The notes: generated by a model from the sequence alone, not told the origin. DNA of 64,000 bases from Planctomycetota bacterium (GCA_040755855.1 JBFMAD010000002.1:243705-307704); one strand, 5' to 3'. Counted from the first letter of the stretch, positions 39,161-49,195 are shown. Made by a program: numbers and translations.

Positions 39161-41362
39161 ATGGAACGGGAGCGATGGATAATTGAGGCTGATCCGCGGC
39201 ACACGACACGGCGCATCAGACTGATGCAGGGAAATGCTATACGTGCGCTTGTTGAACTTATCACAAATGGGGATGATAGTTACACACGGCTTGAAGAGCA
39301 AAACATCCCATGCGAAGGCCTCATCGAGGTCATTTATAAAAAGGATGGCTATCGTGGCCTATTCTCAGTCCGTGACCATGCGGAAGGTATGTCCATCGAG
39401 GATATCCGCAATAGCTTCAAGAAATATGGAAAAGCAACCAGTGGAATGGAAATGGGCAGAGGGGTACGGGGGTATTTCGGGCAAGGTGCAAAGGATGCCT
39501 TGGCAGGCATGATGGAAGGCAAAATCTGCACCTTCAAAGATAATGAATATGTCGAGCTTAGACTTTTCATAGAGAATGGAAAGCCCTGTGGTGAGATCGA
39601 GCAACATGGCCCCGCCGCCTCAGGGTTGCGGGAAATGTGTGGGATCAAGGGAAATGGAACTATTGCATACTTTACTGCAGATCCACAAAAGACAGGGACA
39701 GTTCCCCAATTCAACACAGTCCATGAGGAACTGGCGAATAATTACCTTCTGCGCAAGATCGTGACAAATCGTCGCAGGAAAGTGGTTCTTCATGATGGAG
39801 ATAGAGGCAAAGAACGACGATTGCGTTATCAAATGCCGGAAGGGGACGAAATTCTCAGTGAGGATTTCACGGTTTCGTATGGCCAGTATGGAGATTTTCC
39901 CATCCATGTTTCTATCTGGCGTGCTCCCAAAGAACTCACCCAAAGGGGAGACGACCGTACCGGAGGACTCCTGCTCGTGGATGATGAGGATGTTCCGTTG
40001 GGGATAACGCTCTTTAGGTACGACAATGAGCCACTTGCAGCAAACTTCTATGGAGAGGTAAGGATAGGGAGATTCCGAGAACTCCTCAAGGCGGAAGAAG
40101 CCGTCCTTAGCGAAGAGCGAGACGGTCTCATTCCTCGACATCCCTTTTGCCAATTATTGATTCCCGTGGTAGAAAAACGCATCGAAGAGAAAATAAAGGA
40201 GGAAAGGGCGCGTAGGCAAAAAGAAGCCCGGAGCAAGATTGATCAAGAAGAGAACTCCCGATACAGAAGAGCTTTCAGCCTCCTCAATGAGATAGCAGAA
40301 CTCGAAGCAGAACCTGTTACAAACTTGGCTGATCGGTTGACGGGCCAACTGGAACTTCCGAACGGCTTTGCTATTTGCCCTTCCTCAGCCCAGATCACGG
40401 TAGGAAAACGCTATGCCTTCCAACTGTGTGTGGATACAGAGGTGGTCCGACACGGGTCCATTGTGAAGGTATCGTGTACCCATCCGAAAATCCAGATCAT
40501 AAACCGCGAAGTCAAAATCTCGACTGATAACGGCACGGGCATTCTCCGCAAATACATTACCGTCAAAGGAACTGAGCCCAATATCGAGGGAACTATTCGT
40601 GCTACCGCAGGTAGTAATATCGCCGAAGCGAAAGTATATGTAGTTCCGGAAAAAGAACTCTTGCTGGAGGAGGGAATGGTGTTTCAGCCGGAGACGTTAA
40701 CACTGCGACCAAATCAGCCTCGAAGGGTATCATTGCTTGTGTATGTTAAGCGCATATTCGACGGTAGCACGATCTCTATATCCTCGGACAACGAATCGAT
40801 CCATATCTCGGACACTGAAATCACCGTAAATGAGGCTGATGCAACAAGGCATGTAGCTAAGTACCAACTCGAGGTTTGGGGCGAAGGCACCGACCAGGAT
40901 GCCGTCGTCACGGCGGAATTTGAGAACTGTATGGCGCTCTTGCAGGTCCGTGTCAGATCCAAGGATGAACAGGAGCAAAAAGGCCGACAGGGGATGTTCA
41001 AGGAACCCGATTTCAACTATGATCTTGAGCCACATCAACGGTCACAGTATAGTGCCGAGACAGGCAAGGTCATCATCTATGTCAACTTTCCATCCGTCCA
41101 GCACTATCTCGGCGAAGAGTGTCAATATCGGAAGACACTCCCGGCTCAAATTTTGATCGCGGACCTGGTGGCCGAAAGATGCTTCTATGAGATAGCCCAA
41201 ATGAAAGTGCAGAAAAGCGGAGCTGTCATTAGACCTGAGGCCATTTATGACAGGATTCAACGAGATGCTTACGAGCTCTCCAAGAAATATGGCAAGAAGG
41301 TCCACCAAGCATTAGTTGACCAAAAGATGCTTCAAGATGCCATATCATCCGGGCAGAGCTAA
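39161..41362 (+). CDS. GHKL (MORC/Hsp90-like) ATPase with coiled coil and beta-rich (Ig-like) domains
   Basis: AGGAG RBS; ELITNGDD (N box), VRDHAEGM (G1), RGYFGQGAK (G2), GNGT (G3). Confidence 0.85.
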   Translation: MERERWIIEADPRHTTRRIRLMQGNAIRALVELITNGDDSYTRLEEQNIPCEGLIEVIYKKDGYRGLFSVRDHAEGMSIEDIRNSFKKYGKATSGMEMGRGVRGYFGQGAKDALAGMMEGKICTFKDNEYVELRLFIENGKPCGEIEQHGPAASGLREMCGIKGNGTIAYFTADPQKTGTVPQFNTVHEELANNYLLRKIVTNRRRKVVLHDGDRGKERRLRYQMPEGDEILSEDFTVSYGQYGDFPIHVSIWRAPKELTQRGDDRTGGLLLVDDEDVPLGITLFRYDNEPLAANFYGEVRIGRFRELLKAEEAVLSEERDGLIPRHPFCQLLIPVVEKRIEEKIKEERARRQKEARSKIDQEENSRYRRAFSLLNEIAELEAEPVTNLADRLTGQLELPNGFAICPSSAQITVGKRYAFQLCVDTEVVRHGSIVKVSCTHPKIQIINREVKISTDNGTGILRKYITVKGTEPNIEGTIRATAGSNIAEAKVYVVPEKELLLEEGMVFQPETLTLRPNQPRRVSLLVYVKRIFDGSTISISSDNESIHISDTEITVNEADATRHVAKYQLEVWGEGTDQDAVVTAEFENCMALLQVRVRSKDEQEQKGRQGMFKEPDFNYDLEPHQRSQYSAETGKVIIYVNFPSVQHYLGEECQYRKTLPAQILIADLVAERCFYEIAQMKVQKSGAVIRPEAIYDRIQRDAYELSKKYGKKVHQALVDQKMLQDAISSGQS

Positions 41363-41440
41363 ACGGCCGTGAATCTCAGGCGCGAAAAGGGCCATTGACA
41401 CACGCCTTCTTCGATTCCCTCCAGGGGCGAACCAAAGCAT

Positions 41441-42490
41441 CTACGGAATCAGGATGCCCTTCAGCCCCCGCAAATTCTCCAAGTCGGCGAAGACCCGTTC
41501 CCAGTTCGTGAGCGGTTCCTTGTGGGTGATGAGGGATGCGGCGTTGATGCGCCCCGACGCGATGAGGCCGATGGCCTTGTCCCAACTGGTGTAGCTGGTG
41601 GAGAGGTTGAAGATGATGTCGCAGACCTTGAACATAGCACCCCGCCAGGCGAAGCTGGTCCGGTCCGTGGCCGGGATGCCGATGGCCGTGATCCGACCCT
41701 TCTTGCGCACAAGCTCGACCGCGCTGTTGATCGCCGGCTCGGCCCCGCTCGCCTCGACCACCAGGTCCGCGCCGACGCCGTGGGTCAGCTCCATGCACTT
41801 CTCCATCGGATTGGTCTCGGCAAGGTTCACCACGTGATCCACGCCGATCTCCCGCGCCTTGGCGAGGCGCAGCTCCTCGTCCGCCGGGGTGCCGATGATC
41901 ATCACCGCCCGCGCGCCCCCCGCCTTCGCCGCCATCGCCGCCAGCAGGCCGATGGGTCCCGGACCGAGGACGACGACGAAGTCGTTCGGCTCGACGCGGC
42001 CGCGTTCGAGGACGTCATGGACCACGTTGCACGTCGGCTCGACGACGGCCCCCTCCTCGAATGAGACGTGATCGGGCAGGCGGTGGAGGAGTTTCTCCGG
42101 CATCTTGAGGTATTTCGCAAAGGCCCCGTCAATGCCCCAGCCGGGTGAGCGCTTGTCCGGGCATATCTGGATATTGCCCGTGCGGCAGAGGTAGCACTTG
42201 CCGCAGGCGCGGGTGTGCGGCTCGCCGACGACGCGGTCGCCGACCTTGAAATTCTTCACGTCCTTGCCGACCTCGGCGATGACGCCGGCGAACTCGTGGC
42301 CGAGGATCACCGGCGGCCAGTAGGGGAAGCGGTCCTCCTTCACGTGGAGGTCCGTGCCGCAGATGCCCGCGGCCTTGACCTCGATGAGGACCTCGTCCGC
42401 GTCATAGACCGGCATGGGGACTTCGCGCAACTCCAGGTTGCCCGGCCCTTTTTTCGTTTTGACGAGCGCAAGCATGCTGTTCATCTCCAT
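41441..42490 (-). CDS. Zinc-dependent alcohol dehydrogenase (sorbitol/threonine DH-like)
   Basis: GICGTD, GHEFAG, CGKCYLC...C and GPGPIG motifs. Confidence 0.93.
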   Translation of the reverse strand: MEMNSMLALVKTKKGPGNLELREVPMPVYDADEVLIEVKAAGICGTDLHVKEDRFPYWPPVILGHEFAGVIAEVGKDVKNFKVGDRVVGEPHTRACGKCYLCRTGNIQICPDKRSPGWGIDGAFAKYLKMPEKLLHRLPDHVSFEEGAVVEPTCNVVHDVLERGRVEPNDFVVVLGPGPIGLLAAMAAKAGGARAVMIIGTPADEELRLAKAREIGVDHVVNLAETNPMEKCMELTHGVGADLVVEASGAEPAINSAVELVRKKGRITAIGIPATDRTSFAWRGAMFKVCDIIFNLSTSYTSWDKAIGLIASGRINAASLITHKEPLTNWERVFADLENLRGLKGILIP

Positions 42491-43704
42491 GTTTTCAGGA
42501 AGTGGATGAGCACTTCGATACTCTTAATGATGTCGTCCAGCGCGATCTGCTCGTGGTTCGAGTGCGCGTCGGACAGCTTGCCCGGACCGTAAACGACCGT
42601 CGGTATCTCGAGCTGGTTGTTATACATCCATGCATCGCACGAGGCCGTCATGGCCGAGACCTCGTCCCTCGCCCCGACCTCGCGGCAGGCGGCTTGCAGC
42701 GTGGTGACCAGCGGATGGTCGGGCGGGAGGACGTTGCCGTCGTGGCGATACATGAATTCGATCTCGTAGTTCTCCCGCAGCCAGTCGCCGCCCTGCGTCT
42801 CGATGGCGGCGCGGACCTCGGCCATTACCTGCTCGCGGGTCTTGTTGGGGAGGAAGCCGAGAACGCCCTTGAGCGTCGCCTTGTCCGGCACGCTGGCGGG
42901 CCAGTTGCCCGCCTCCAACATGCCGATGGTGAGGGGCATGGGATTCTCGAATTTATCAAAGAGCGGCAGGCCCTTCGACTCGGCGAGGAGCTTCGCGTGG
43001 TAGCGCTCCAGGATGCCGACGACTTTGATCGCCTCCTTGAGCGCGCTGACCACCGTCCCCGCGCTGCCGCTGTGCCCGGCCCTGCCGTGGCACGTGATGG
43101 TGAACCACACCGCCCCGCGCACCGACGGCAGCAGCGCCGTGTCGGTTGGCTCCAGGACGATGGCCCCATCGGCCGAGCACCCGCGCCGGGCGAAGGCCAG
43201 CGTGCCGTTGCCGCCGCACTCTTCCTCGACGACGAAGTGGAACTCCAGGTCGCCGGGGAGCTGAATGTCGAGGTCCGTCAGCGCCTGGACCAGGAGGCAC
43301 AGCACGGCCACCTGGCCCTTCGCGTCGCATGCCCCGCGGCCGATGACCATACCGTCCTTCACGCGCGGGTTGAAGGGCTTCTCATGGTTCTTCGACGGTG
43401 GGACGACGTCGACGTGCGTGTTGAATACCAGCGACTTGCCGCCGCCCGTGCCGGTCTTGCGCACGAGCAGGTTCGGCGTGTCGGCGTAAGTGAAGTTGTC
43501 GAGGCGGAAGGAGTAGTCGGGGTCGTCCTGGATTGAGTCGGGTATCTCGACCAGTTCCACCTCGTCGGCCATGCCCTTGAACCATTCCTTCAGGTATCGG
43601 TTGACCTGCCCCTCCTGGCCGCGGACGGAGGGCATGCGGATCAGGTCGCAGAGCAGCAGCGCCAGGTCTTCGCGTTTGGTTTCGAGATATTCTCTTATGT
43701 CCAT
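42481..43704 (-). CDS. M20 ArgE/DapE-family deacylase
   Basis: HVDVVP, GRGACDAKG, EEE and AH..NE-like motifs. Confidence 0.9.
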   Translation of the reverse strand: MDIREYLETKREDLALLLCDLIRMPSVRGQEGQVNRYLKEWFKGMADEVELVEIPDSIQDDPDYSFRLDNFTYADTPNLLVRKTGTGGGKSLVFNTHVDVVPPSKNHEKPFNPRVKDGMVIGRGACDAKGQVAVLCLLVQALTDLDIQLPGDLEFHFVVEEECGGNGTLAFARRGCSADGAIVLEPTDTALLPSVRGAVWFTITCHGRAGHSGSAGTVVSALKEAIKVVGILERYHAKLLAESKGLPLFDKFENPMPLTIGMLEAGNWPASVPDKATLKGVLGFLPNKTREQVMAEVRAAIETQGGDWLRENYEIEFMYRHDGNVLPPDHPLVTTLQAACREVGARDEVSAMTASCDAWMYNNQLEIPTVVYGPGKLSDAHSNHEQIALDDIIKSIEVLIHFLKTWR

Positions 43705-43713
43705 GTTTTACCT

Positions 43714-43737
43714 GTAGCGGAAGTCGCCAGACTTCCG
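43714..43737. repeat. GTAG-type REP hairpin
   Basis: GTAG-CGGAAGTC-gcca-GACTTCCG. Confidence 0.6.
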
Positions 43738-43793
43738 ATCTTCCGGCCCGACCGTTTCTATCCAGAGCCGGAAGCCATGAAAAAAGTAGAAAG

Positions 43794-43929
43794 TTAAGGG
43801 CGCGTTGCCCAAATGTAGTCGCAGGCTTTAGCCTGCGCGATTCGGGGTCGCACGGCCAAACGGCGCAGGCTAAAGCCTGCGGCTACAGATCATTTTTGCC
43901 AGTTCGGGATTTGGGCAACAGGCCCTTAA
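43794..43929. mobile_element. MITE-like element enclosing an inverted REP pair (REPIN)
   Basis: 21-bp terminal inverted repeats (19/21 match, TTAA at both ends); inner GTAG REPs at 43815-37 and 43864-86 (22/23 inverted match). Confidence 0.75.
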
Positions 43930-43958
43930 GACCTGACCCCTACTTGAAACTCTGACCC

Positions 43959-45269
43959 CTACCTGAAACTCTTCAGGATCGTCTCGATGATGTCGCACGC
44001 CTGCTCCGCTTCGCTTCTTGTGATGACGAGCGGCGGGGCGATGCGGATGACGTTGCCATAGACACCCACCGACCCGACGAGCAGGCCCGACTTGCAGGCG
44101 CGGGTGATGAACTCGCGGGTGATGTCCGGGGCGGGCGCCATCGTCTTTTTGTCCTTCACAAACTCCAGCCCCATGACCAGCCCGCGGCCGCGCGCCTCGC
44201 CGAGCACCTTGTATTTCCTCTGGAACTTCTTGAACCGGCCGAGCATGTACTTGCCGATCTTCAGGGCGTTCTCGGGCAGCCTTTCCTTCTTCATGATGTC
44301 CAGCACGGCGAGCGTCGCCGAGCAGGAGAGCGGGTTGCCGCCGGTGGTGCTGCTCATCTCGCCCGGCGCGAGGCAGTCAATGATCCGCGACTCGGCCACC
44401 AGCGCCGCGCACGGCACGCCGCTGCCGATGCCTTTTCCCAGGCAGAGCATGTTGGGCCGAAGCCCGTCCCACTCCAACGCGAACATCTTGCCCGTCCGCC
44501 CGAAGGATGCCTGGACCTCGTCGAGGATGAAGATGATGTCGCGTTCCTTCGCCCACTTCTCCAGTTTCTTTAAGTAGCCGTCCGGCGGGAAGACGAAGCC
44601 CGCCGCGCCCTGGTATGGCTCGATGATGAGGGCGGCCACATCGCCCGTTGACGCCGCGCCGACGACCGTGTCCAGGAACTCTAAGCAGAACAGGCCGCAT
44701 TCCTGCGGCTTCTTGTGGAACGGGCATCGGAAGCAGTAGGGGTATGGCGCGTAGATGTGGCCGGGGACGAGGGGGCCGAAGCGCTTCTTCGTGCCGGTCT
44801 TGCCTGCGGCGCTCATGGCCATGCCGGTGCGGCCGTGGAAGCCGCCGTAGAAGGAGATGATCTCGTGGCGTCCGGTGTAGCGCTTGGCGACGCGCATGGC
44901 GCTCTCGGTCGCCTCGCTGCCGGTGGTGAGCATGAAGACGCGGTCGAGGTTCTTCGGCATGAGCTGCGCGATGCCCTTCGCGGCCATGACGCGCTCGGGC
45001 GTGGGGAAGTCGTAGCAGTTCATAAGCCGGGCGGCCTGCCTCTGGATGCGGGCGACGTGCTCCGGGTGGCTGTGGCCGACGTTGGTGACGAGGACGCCGG
45101 AGGTCAGGTCGATGTAGGTGTTGCCGTCGACGTCGGTGACGGTGACGCCGTTGGCGTAGTCCCAGACGATCGGCGCCTGCTGGTTCATGCAGCGGGCCTC
45201 GTACTTCTCGGAGATCTTGAGCAGTTTTTTGGACTTCGGTCCGGGGATTTTGTATTTGCCTTTGAACAT
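43959..45269 (-). CDS. Class III PLP aminotransferase (GabT-like)
   Basis: DVDGN.YID, TGSEATE, FHGRT, EPYQG, DEVQ.FGRTG, GKGIG and TTGGNP motifs. Confidence 0.93.
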   Translation of the reverse strand: MFKGKYKIPGPKSKKLLKISEKYEARCMNQQAPIVWDYANGVTVTDVDGNTYIDLTSGVLVTNVGHSHPEHVARIQRQAARLMNCYDFPTPERVMAAKGIAQLMPKNLDRVFMLTTGSEATESAMRVAKRYTGRHEIISFYGGFHGRTGMAMSAAGKTGTKKRFGPLVPGHIYAPYPYCFRCPFHKKPQECGLFCLEFLDTVVGAASTGDVAALIIEPYQGAAGFVFPPDGYLKKLEKWAKERDIIFILDEVQASFGRTGKMFALEWDGLRPNMLCLGKGIGSGVPCAALVAESRIIDCLAPGEMSSTTGGNPLSCSATLAVLDIMKKERLPENALKIGKYMLGRFKKFQRKYKVLGEARGRGLVMGLEFVKDKKTMAPAPDITREFITRACKSGLLVGSVGVYGNVIRIAPPLVITRSEAEQACDIIETILKSFR

Positions 45270-45583
45270 TGCAATACCTTTCCAGCGAGAAAGATCGGAG
45301 ACTTGCGTTCAACCGCCAATGATCACGAGCGATTGTATTGTGCCTCTTTTGTTCGCGGACTTCAAGCGGTTTGTTGTCTCAAAGACGCTTCAGGGACACA
45401 ACAGGCTTGATCCGTCGAAAAGAATTAACCAAACCCTAACACCGCCGCTCCCAGCGATGGAGGCGCATCACAAGCAGTTACAGAATGCGGCTCGTCGTCA
45501 CACCCCAAAAACCACTTGCTCTATCTGGTGGGCGGTGGTATCCTCTTACACATGGGCGTGGACGAAAAAGAGGAGGAAGAATC

Positions 45584-46939
45584 ATGATCACGGAACTCTC
45601 TTTCCACAACTTCAAATCGTGGAGGCAAATCGAGAAGATGCGATTTGCCCCAATTACTGGACTGTTCGGGGCCAACAGCTCCGGGAAGACAAGCGTTCTT
45701 CAGCTCTTGTTGATGATCAAACAGACCGTTGAATCCACCGATCGACTGCAGGTTCTGCACTTTGGCGACGAAAAGAGCCCCGCCAACCTTGGCAGTTTTC
45801 GCGATGTGGTTTTCGCATATGATGCACCAGGAAGATTAGACTGGACCATCCGATGGAAGCTTCCTCAGCCACTCCGCGTACCGAACCCACAAGACAAGAA
45901 GACGTACCTGTTCGATAGCGATGAGATCGGTTTTCATGTCGAGATCACGGAGAGCGACAAGAAGCGACTGGTGGTAAACCAAATTCAGTATTCGTATGCG
46001 GGTCGGCAATTCATGATGCAGCGGAAAGCGGCTGGCAAGTACAATTATAAGTTGACGGCCGATGGCTTCCAGTTTATCCGAACTCCCGGGCGAGTCTGGG
46101 ACCTGCCTGCACCGGTCAAGTGCTACGGCTTTCCGAATGACGTAAATGCTCGATTTCAGAATGCGGCATTTCTTTCGGATCTCCAACTCGAGTTCGAACG
46201 GCTTTTCACTGGCACAAAGTACTTAGGTCCGCTTCGCGACTATCCCAAGCGGCAGTATCCGTGGTCCGGCACAGAACCCGTGGATATGGGGCAGCGCGGC
46301 GAACGTGTTGTCGAGGCCATTCTCGCGGCCCGTGAGAGTAACCAGCTTCTTTCTAGGGGCAAGGGCTACGACCGGGAAACGCTCGAACAGCGAGCCGCAG
46401 CATGGCTGAAGGAACTCAACCTGATTCACTCCTTTAAGGTGGAGCCTGTCGCAAAAGAGGGGGGCAACATCTACCGCGTCAAAGTGCGTCGCAATCCGAA
46501 TTCTCCGGAAGTTCTGATTACCGATGTGGGATTCGGGGTATCCCAGATTCTTCCGGCCATCGTCCTGTGCTATTACGCACCGCAAGGCTCTATCATCATT
46601 CTTGAACAGCCGGAGATTCATCTCCATCCGGCTGTCCAAGCCGGGTTGGCCGATGTGTTCATTGATGCAGTTAGGACGCGCAAGGTACAAATCGTGTTTG
46701 AGAGCCACAGCGAGCACCTGTTGAAGCGCCTTCAGCGTCGCATTGCGGAAAAGGATATCGGCCCGGATATGACCGCCCTATACTTTTGTGAAACAGAGAA
46801 CGAACGGTCCAAACTGACGAAGCTGGACGTGGACCTCTTCGGGAACATCTGCAACTGGCCCAAGGATTTCTTCGGAGATCAATTCGGTGAAATGGCAGCC
46901 ATGACGAAAGCTGCGATGGAACGGAAGAAGGCACAATAA
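45584..46939 (+). CDS. ABC-type (AAA_15/AAA_21) ATPase with DUF3696 C-terminus
   Basis: GGAGG RBS; NFKS, GANSSGKT (Walker A), YLGPLR, DVGFGVSQ, ILEQPEIHLHP, ESHSEH and WPKDFFGD. Confidence 0.88.
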   Translation: MITELSFHNFKSWRQIEKMRFAPITGLFGANSSGKTSVLQLLLMIKQTVESTDRLQVLHFGDEKSPANLGSFRDVVFAYDAPGRLDWTIRWKLPQPLRVPNPQDKKTYLFDSDEIGFHVEITESDKKRLVVNQIQYSYAGRQFMMQRKAAGKYNYKLTADGFQFIRTPGRVWDLPAPVKCYGFPNDVNARFQNAAFLSDLQLEFERLFTGTKYLGPLRDYPKRQYPWSGTEPVDMGQRGERVVEAILAARESNQLLSRGKGYDRETLEQRAAAWLKELNLIHSFKVEPVAKEGGNIYRVKVRRNPNSPEVLITDVGFGVSQILPAIVLCYYAPQGSIIILEQPEIHLHPAVQAGLADVFIDAVRTRKVQIVFESHSEHLLKRLQRRIAEKDIGPDMTALYFCETENERSKLTKLDVDLFGNICNWPKDFFGDQFGEMAAMTKAAMERKKAQ

Positions 46940-46941
46940 CC

Positions 46942-47430
46942 GTGAGGGCGTTCGTTGTTGATGTCAATGTGGCGATCGTGGCAAACGGCCGGAGCCCACA
47001 GGCTGACTCCGAGTGTATTATCGCCTGCGTGGACGCGCTTGAAGACATCGTGCAGAACAGGATGATCGTGCTTGATGATGGTCTCCGCATACTTAGAGAG
47101 TACATGAACCATCTGAGCATGGCAGGCGAACCGGGTGTTGGTGATGCCTTCATGAAATGGGTGTGGGAGAACCAGGCCGTTGGCGCTCGTTGCGAGCGAG
47201 TCGCCCTGAAGTGCAAAACCAACAGGCATGAAGACTATGAGACGTTTCCCAACGATCAGGCATTGAAGGGCTTTGACCGATCGGATCGGAAGTACGTTGC
47301 CGTGGCCATCGCCAGTGCGAACAATCCGACGATCTTGAACGCGGTGGATCCTGATTGGTGGGAATACAAAGCAATTCTAAACCGGCACGGTGTCAACGTC
47401 AGGTTTCTCTGTCCCCAGCATATGCAATAG
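46942..47430 (+). CDS. PIN-like domain protein (putative RNase)
   Basis: GTG start 2 bp after the ATPase stop; VVDVNV, ILREY, DRSDRKYVAVA and VDPDW acidic pattern of the PIN fold. Confidence 0.7.
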   Translation: MRAFVVDVNVAIVANGRSPQADSECIIACVDALEDIVQNRMIVLDDGLRILREYMNHLSMAGEPGVGDAFMKWVWENQAVGARCERVALKCKTNRHEDYETFPNDQALKGFDRSDRKYVAVAIASANNPTILNAVDPDWWEYKAILNRHGVNVRFLCPQHMQ

Positions 47431-47575
47431 CCTTGAGCTACGATTGTGTCCCTTTCAATGCGTTGCCTTGCCGGGTGAAACCCCGCACACACTGCCTATA
47501 ATGGTGTCCTCTTCAGGAACTCTTCCATATCCTTGTTCGCAACAAATCGCGTCGGCTTGCCGGCGAGGAAACGCT

Positions 47576-49195
47576 TCACCTTCCCGCTTTCTGCTCCAGC
47601 TCGGCCACGAGCTTGTCGCAATTCGACGCCAAGGGGATTCCCAGGCGATGCGCGATCGCCTTCGCCTCTCGGGCCGGAGGCAGGGCCTTCACGTACTCCG
47701 CGCGCGCCTGATGCACGCGCGCCATATTATACAGCGTCTGCGCCACGCCCGGCTCATCGCCCAGCCGGCGTCTCATGGCCAGGGACTCTTCATAAAGTCT
47801 CATCGCGTCATCGTAATGGCCTTGATTCCTGTGCACGGCACCCATATTGTTCAGCACCTGCGCCGCGCTCGGCTCGTCCCCCAAGCGACGGTAGATCGCA
47901 AGCGCCTCGTCGTAGCGCTTCATGCTTTCTTCATAGGCCTTCCGGTTTGAGCAGATCATGGCAATGCCGGCGAGGGATCCTGCCACGCCCAGCTCGTCGC
48001 CCAGGCGGCGTCGTATCGCCAACGCCTCCTCAAACCCCTTTTCGGCCTCATCGTAACGGCGTTGTCTGTAATGCGCGCTGGCCATGTTGTTCAGCGTCCT
48101 CCCTACGCCCGGCTCGTCCCCTATGCGCCGCTTGATCGCCAGCGACTCCCCGTACGCTTTTATCGCCTCCTCATAGCGGCCTTGCCTCTCGCGCGCCATG
48201 CCTATGTTGTTCAGGACCTTCGCCGCGTCCGCATCTTCGCCCAGGCGGCGACTCATCGCCAACGCCTGCTCGTACAGCTTCATCGCCTCGTCGTAATGGC
48301 CCTGGCTCCGATGCACGTTGCCTATATTCTTCAGCGCTACGGCCAGGTCTTTCTCGTTCGCCCCAGCGCGGAAAAGCTCCTCCGCCTTCTCGTGGCATTC
48401 TATGGCCGTGGGCCAACTGCCCTGGTTGAAGTGCATGACGCCGAGCTCCATCCACGCCAACCCGAAGGAAGGGTCTATGCGTGTGGCCTTCTCGAACTCC
48501 ACTTGGGCCTCGCGCCATCTGTTCTTATTGCCCAAATCTACGCCGCGCCCATAGGCTTCGTAGGCCTCCGCGCTCGCCGTCGGCTTCTCGGCCAGCTTTC
48601 GTGTCTCCTCCTCCCCCATCGTAACCGCAGATCCCGTCTCCGCCACCCGCTTCTCGCCGCCCTGCACAAGCACCTTCAGCGAGAGCGATCTCACTACTCT
48701 CTCCGCCAGAACCACCGGCAGGTTCATCACATCCGCCTGCGCCCCGCCCTGCGTCATCGCGTCGAGCACCTCCCCGCTCTCCACCTCCACGATACGCACG
48801 TTGAACCGCACCTGCCCCTCCGCCACCACGAACGACCCCACCACCACCGACTGCGCGCCGAGAAGGCGCCCCGTCTTCACCGCCGCGTTGGAATCCACCA
48901 GGACAGTCGCCTGGAGGTTCTGTTCCTCGATAACCTTCTGGATCTGCTCGCGCTCGATGACGCTCAGCGCCCTCAGCCCGGCCAGCTTGGTGGCAAGCGT
49001 CTCCGCCGTCACCGCGCCGATCCAATCGGAGTTTTCATCGTTGCGCAGGTTCTTAAACCCCAGCACGGCCACGCGGCGGCGCGGGGCGGTCCCCTCCTCG
49101 GCCGGGCAGAAGGCCGCCGCGGCAAAGAGCGCAATCAAGACAACCCTAATCCAAATCCATTGTGCGAACGGTCCCTGCTGCACATTTGCTCTCAT
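47576..49195 (-). CDS. Exported protein with CsgG/TolB_N-like domain and ~40-aa TPR repeats
   Basis: Start overlaps the upstream stop (ATGA); VAVLGFKN...IEREQI...G.LLGA..VV.GS; repeated A..LNN.G....QG.Y.EA...YEE.LA. Confidence 0.85.
   Translation of the reverse strand: MRANVQQGPFAQWIWIRVVLIALFAAAAFCPAEEGTAPRRRVAVLGFKNLRNDENSDWIGAVTAETLATKLAGLRALSVIEREQIQKVIEEQNLQATVLVDSNAAVKTGRLLGAQSVVVGSFVVAEGQVRFNVRIVEVESGEVLDAMTQGGAQADVMNLPVVLAERVVRSLSLKVLVQGGEKRVAETGSAVTMGEEETRKLAEKPTASAEAYEAYGRGVDLGNKNRWREAQVEFEKATRIDPSFGLAWMELGVMHFNQGSWPTAIECHEKAEELFRAGANEKDLAVALKNIGNVHRSQGHYDEAMKLYEQALAMSRRLGEDADAAKVLNNIGMARERQGRYEEAIKAYGESLAIKRRIGDEPGVGRTLNNMASAHYRQRRYDEAEKGFEEALAIRRRLGDELGVAGSLAGIAMICSNRKAYEESMKRYDEALAIYRRLGDEPSAAQVLNNMGAVHRNQGHYDDAMRLYEESLAMRRRLGDEPGVAQTLYNMARVHQARAEYVKALPPAREAKAIAHRLGIPLASNCDKLVAELEQKAGR

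Noticed and set aside
37720..41440. Integrative element or prophage boundaries around the GHKL island
   Set aside because: No integrase, tRNA or flanking direct repeats were seen.
43794..43970. Possible CRISPR array
   Set aside because: The repeats are inverted or directly tandem, with no spacer periodicity and no cas genes.
45433..45483. Possible integron attC site before the ATPase-PIN cassette (CCCTAAC...GTTACAG)
   Set aside because: Core sites do not fit RYYYAAC/GTTRRRY, inner complementarity is poor, and no integrase is present.
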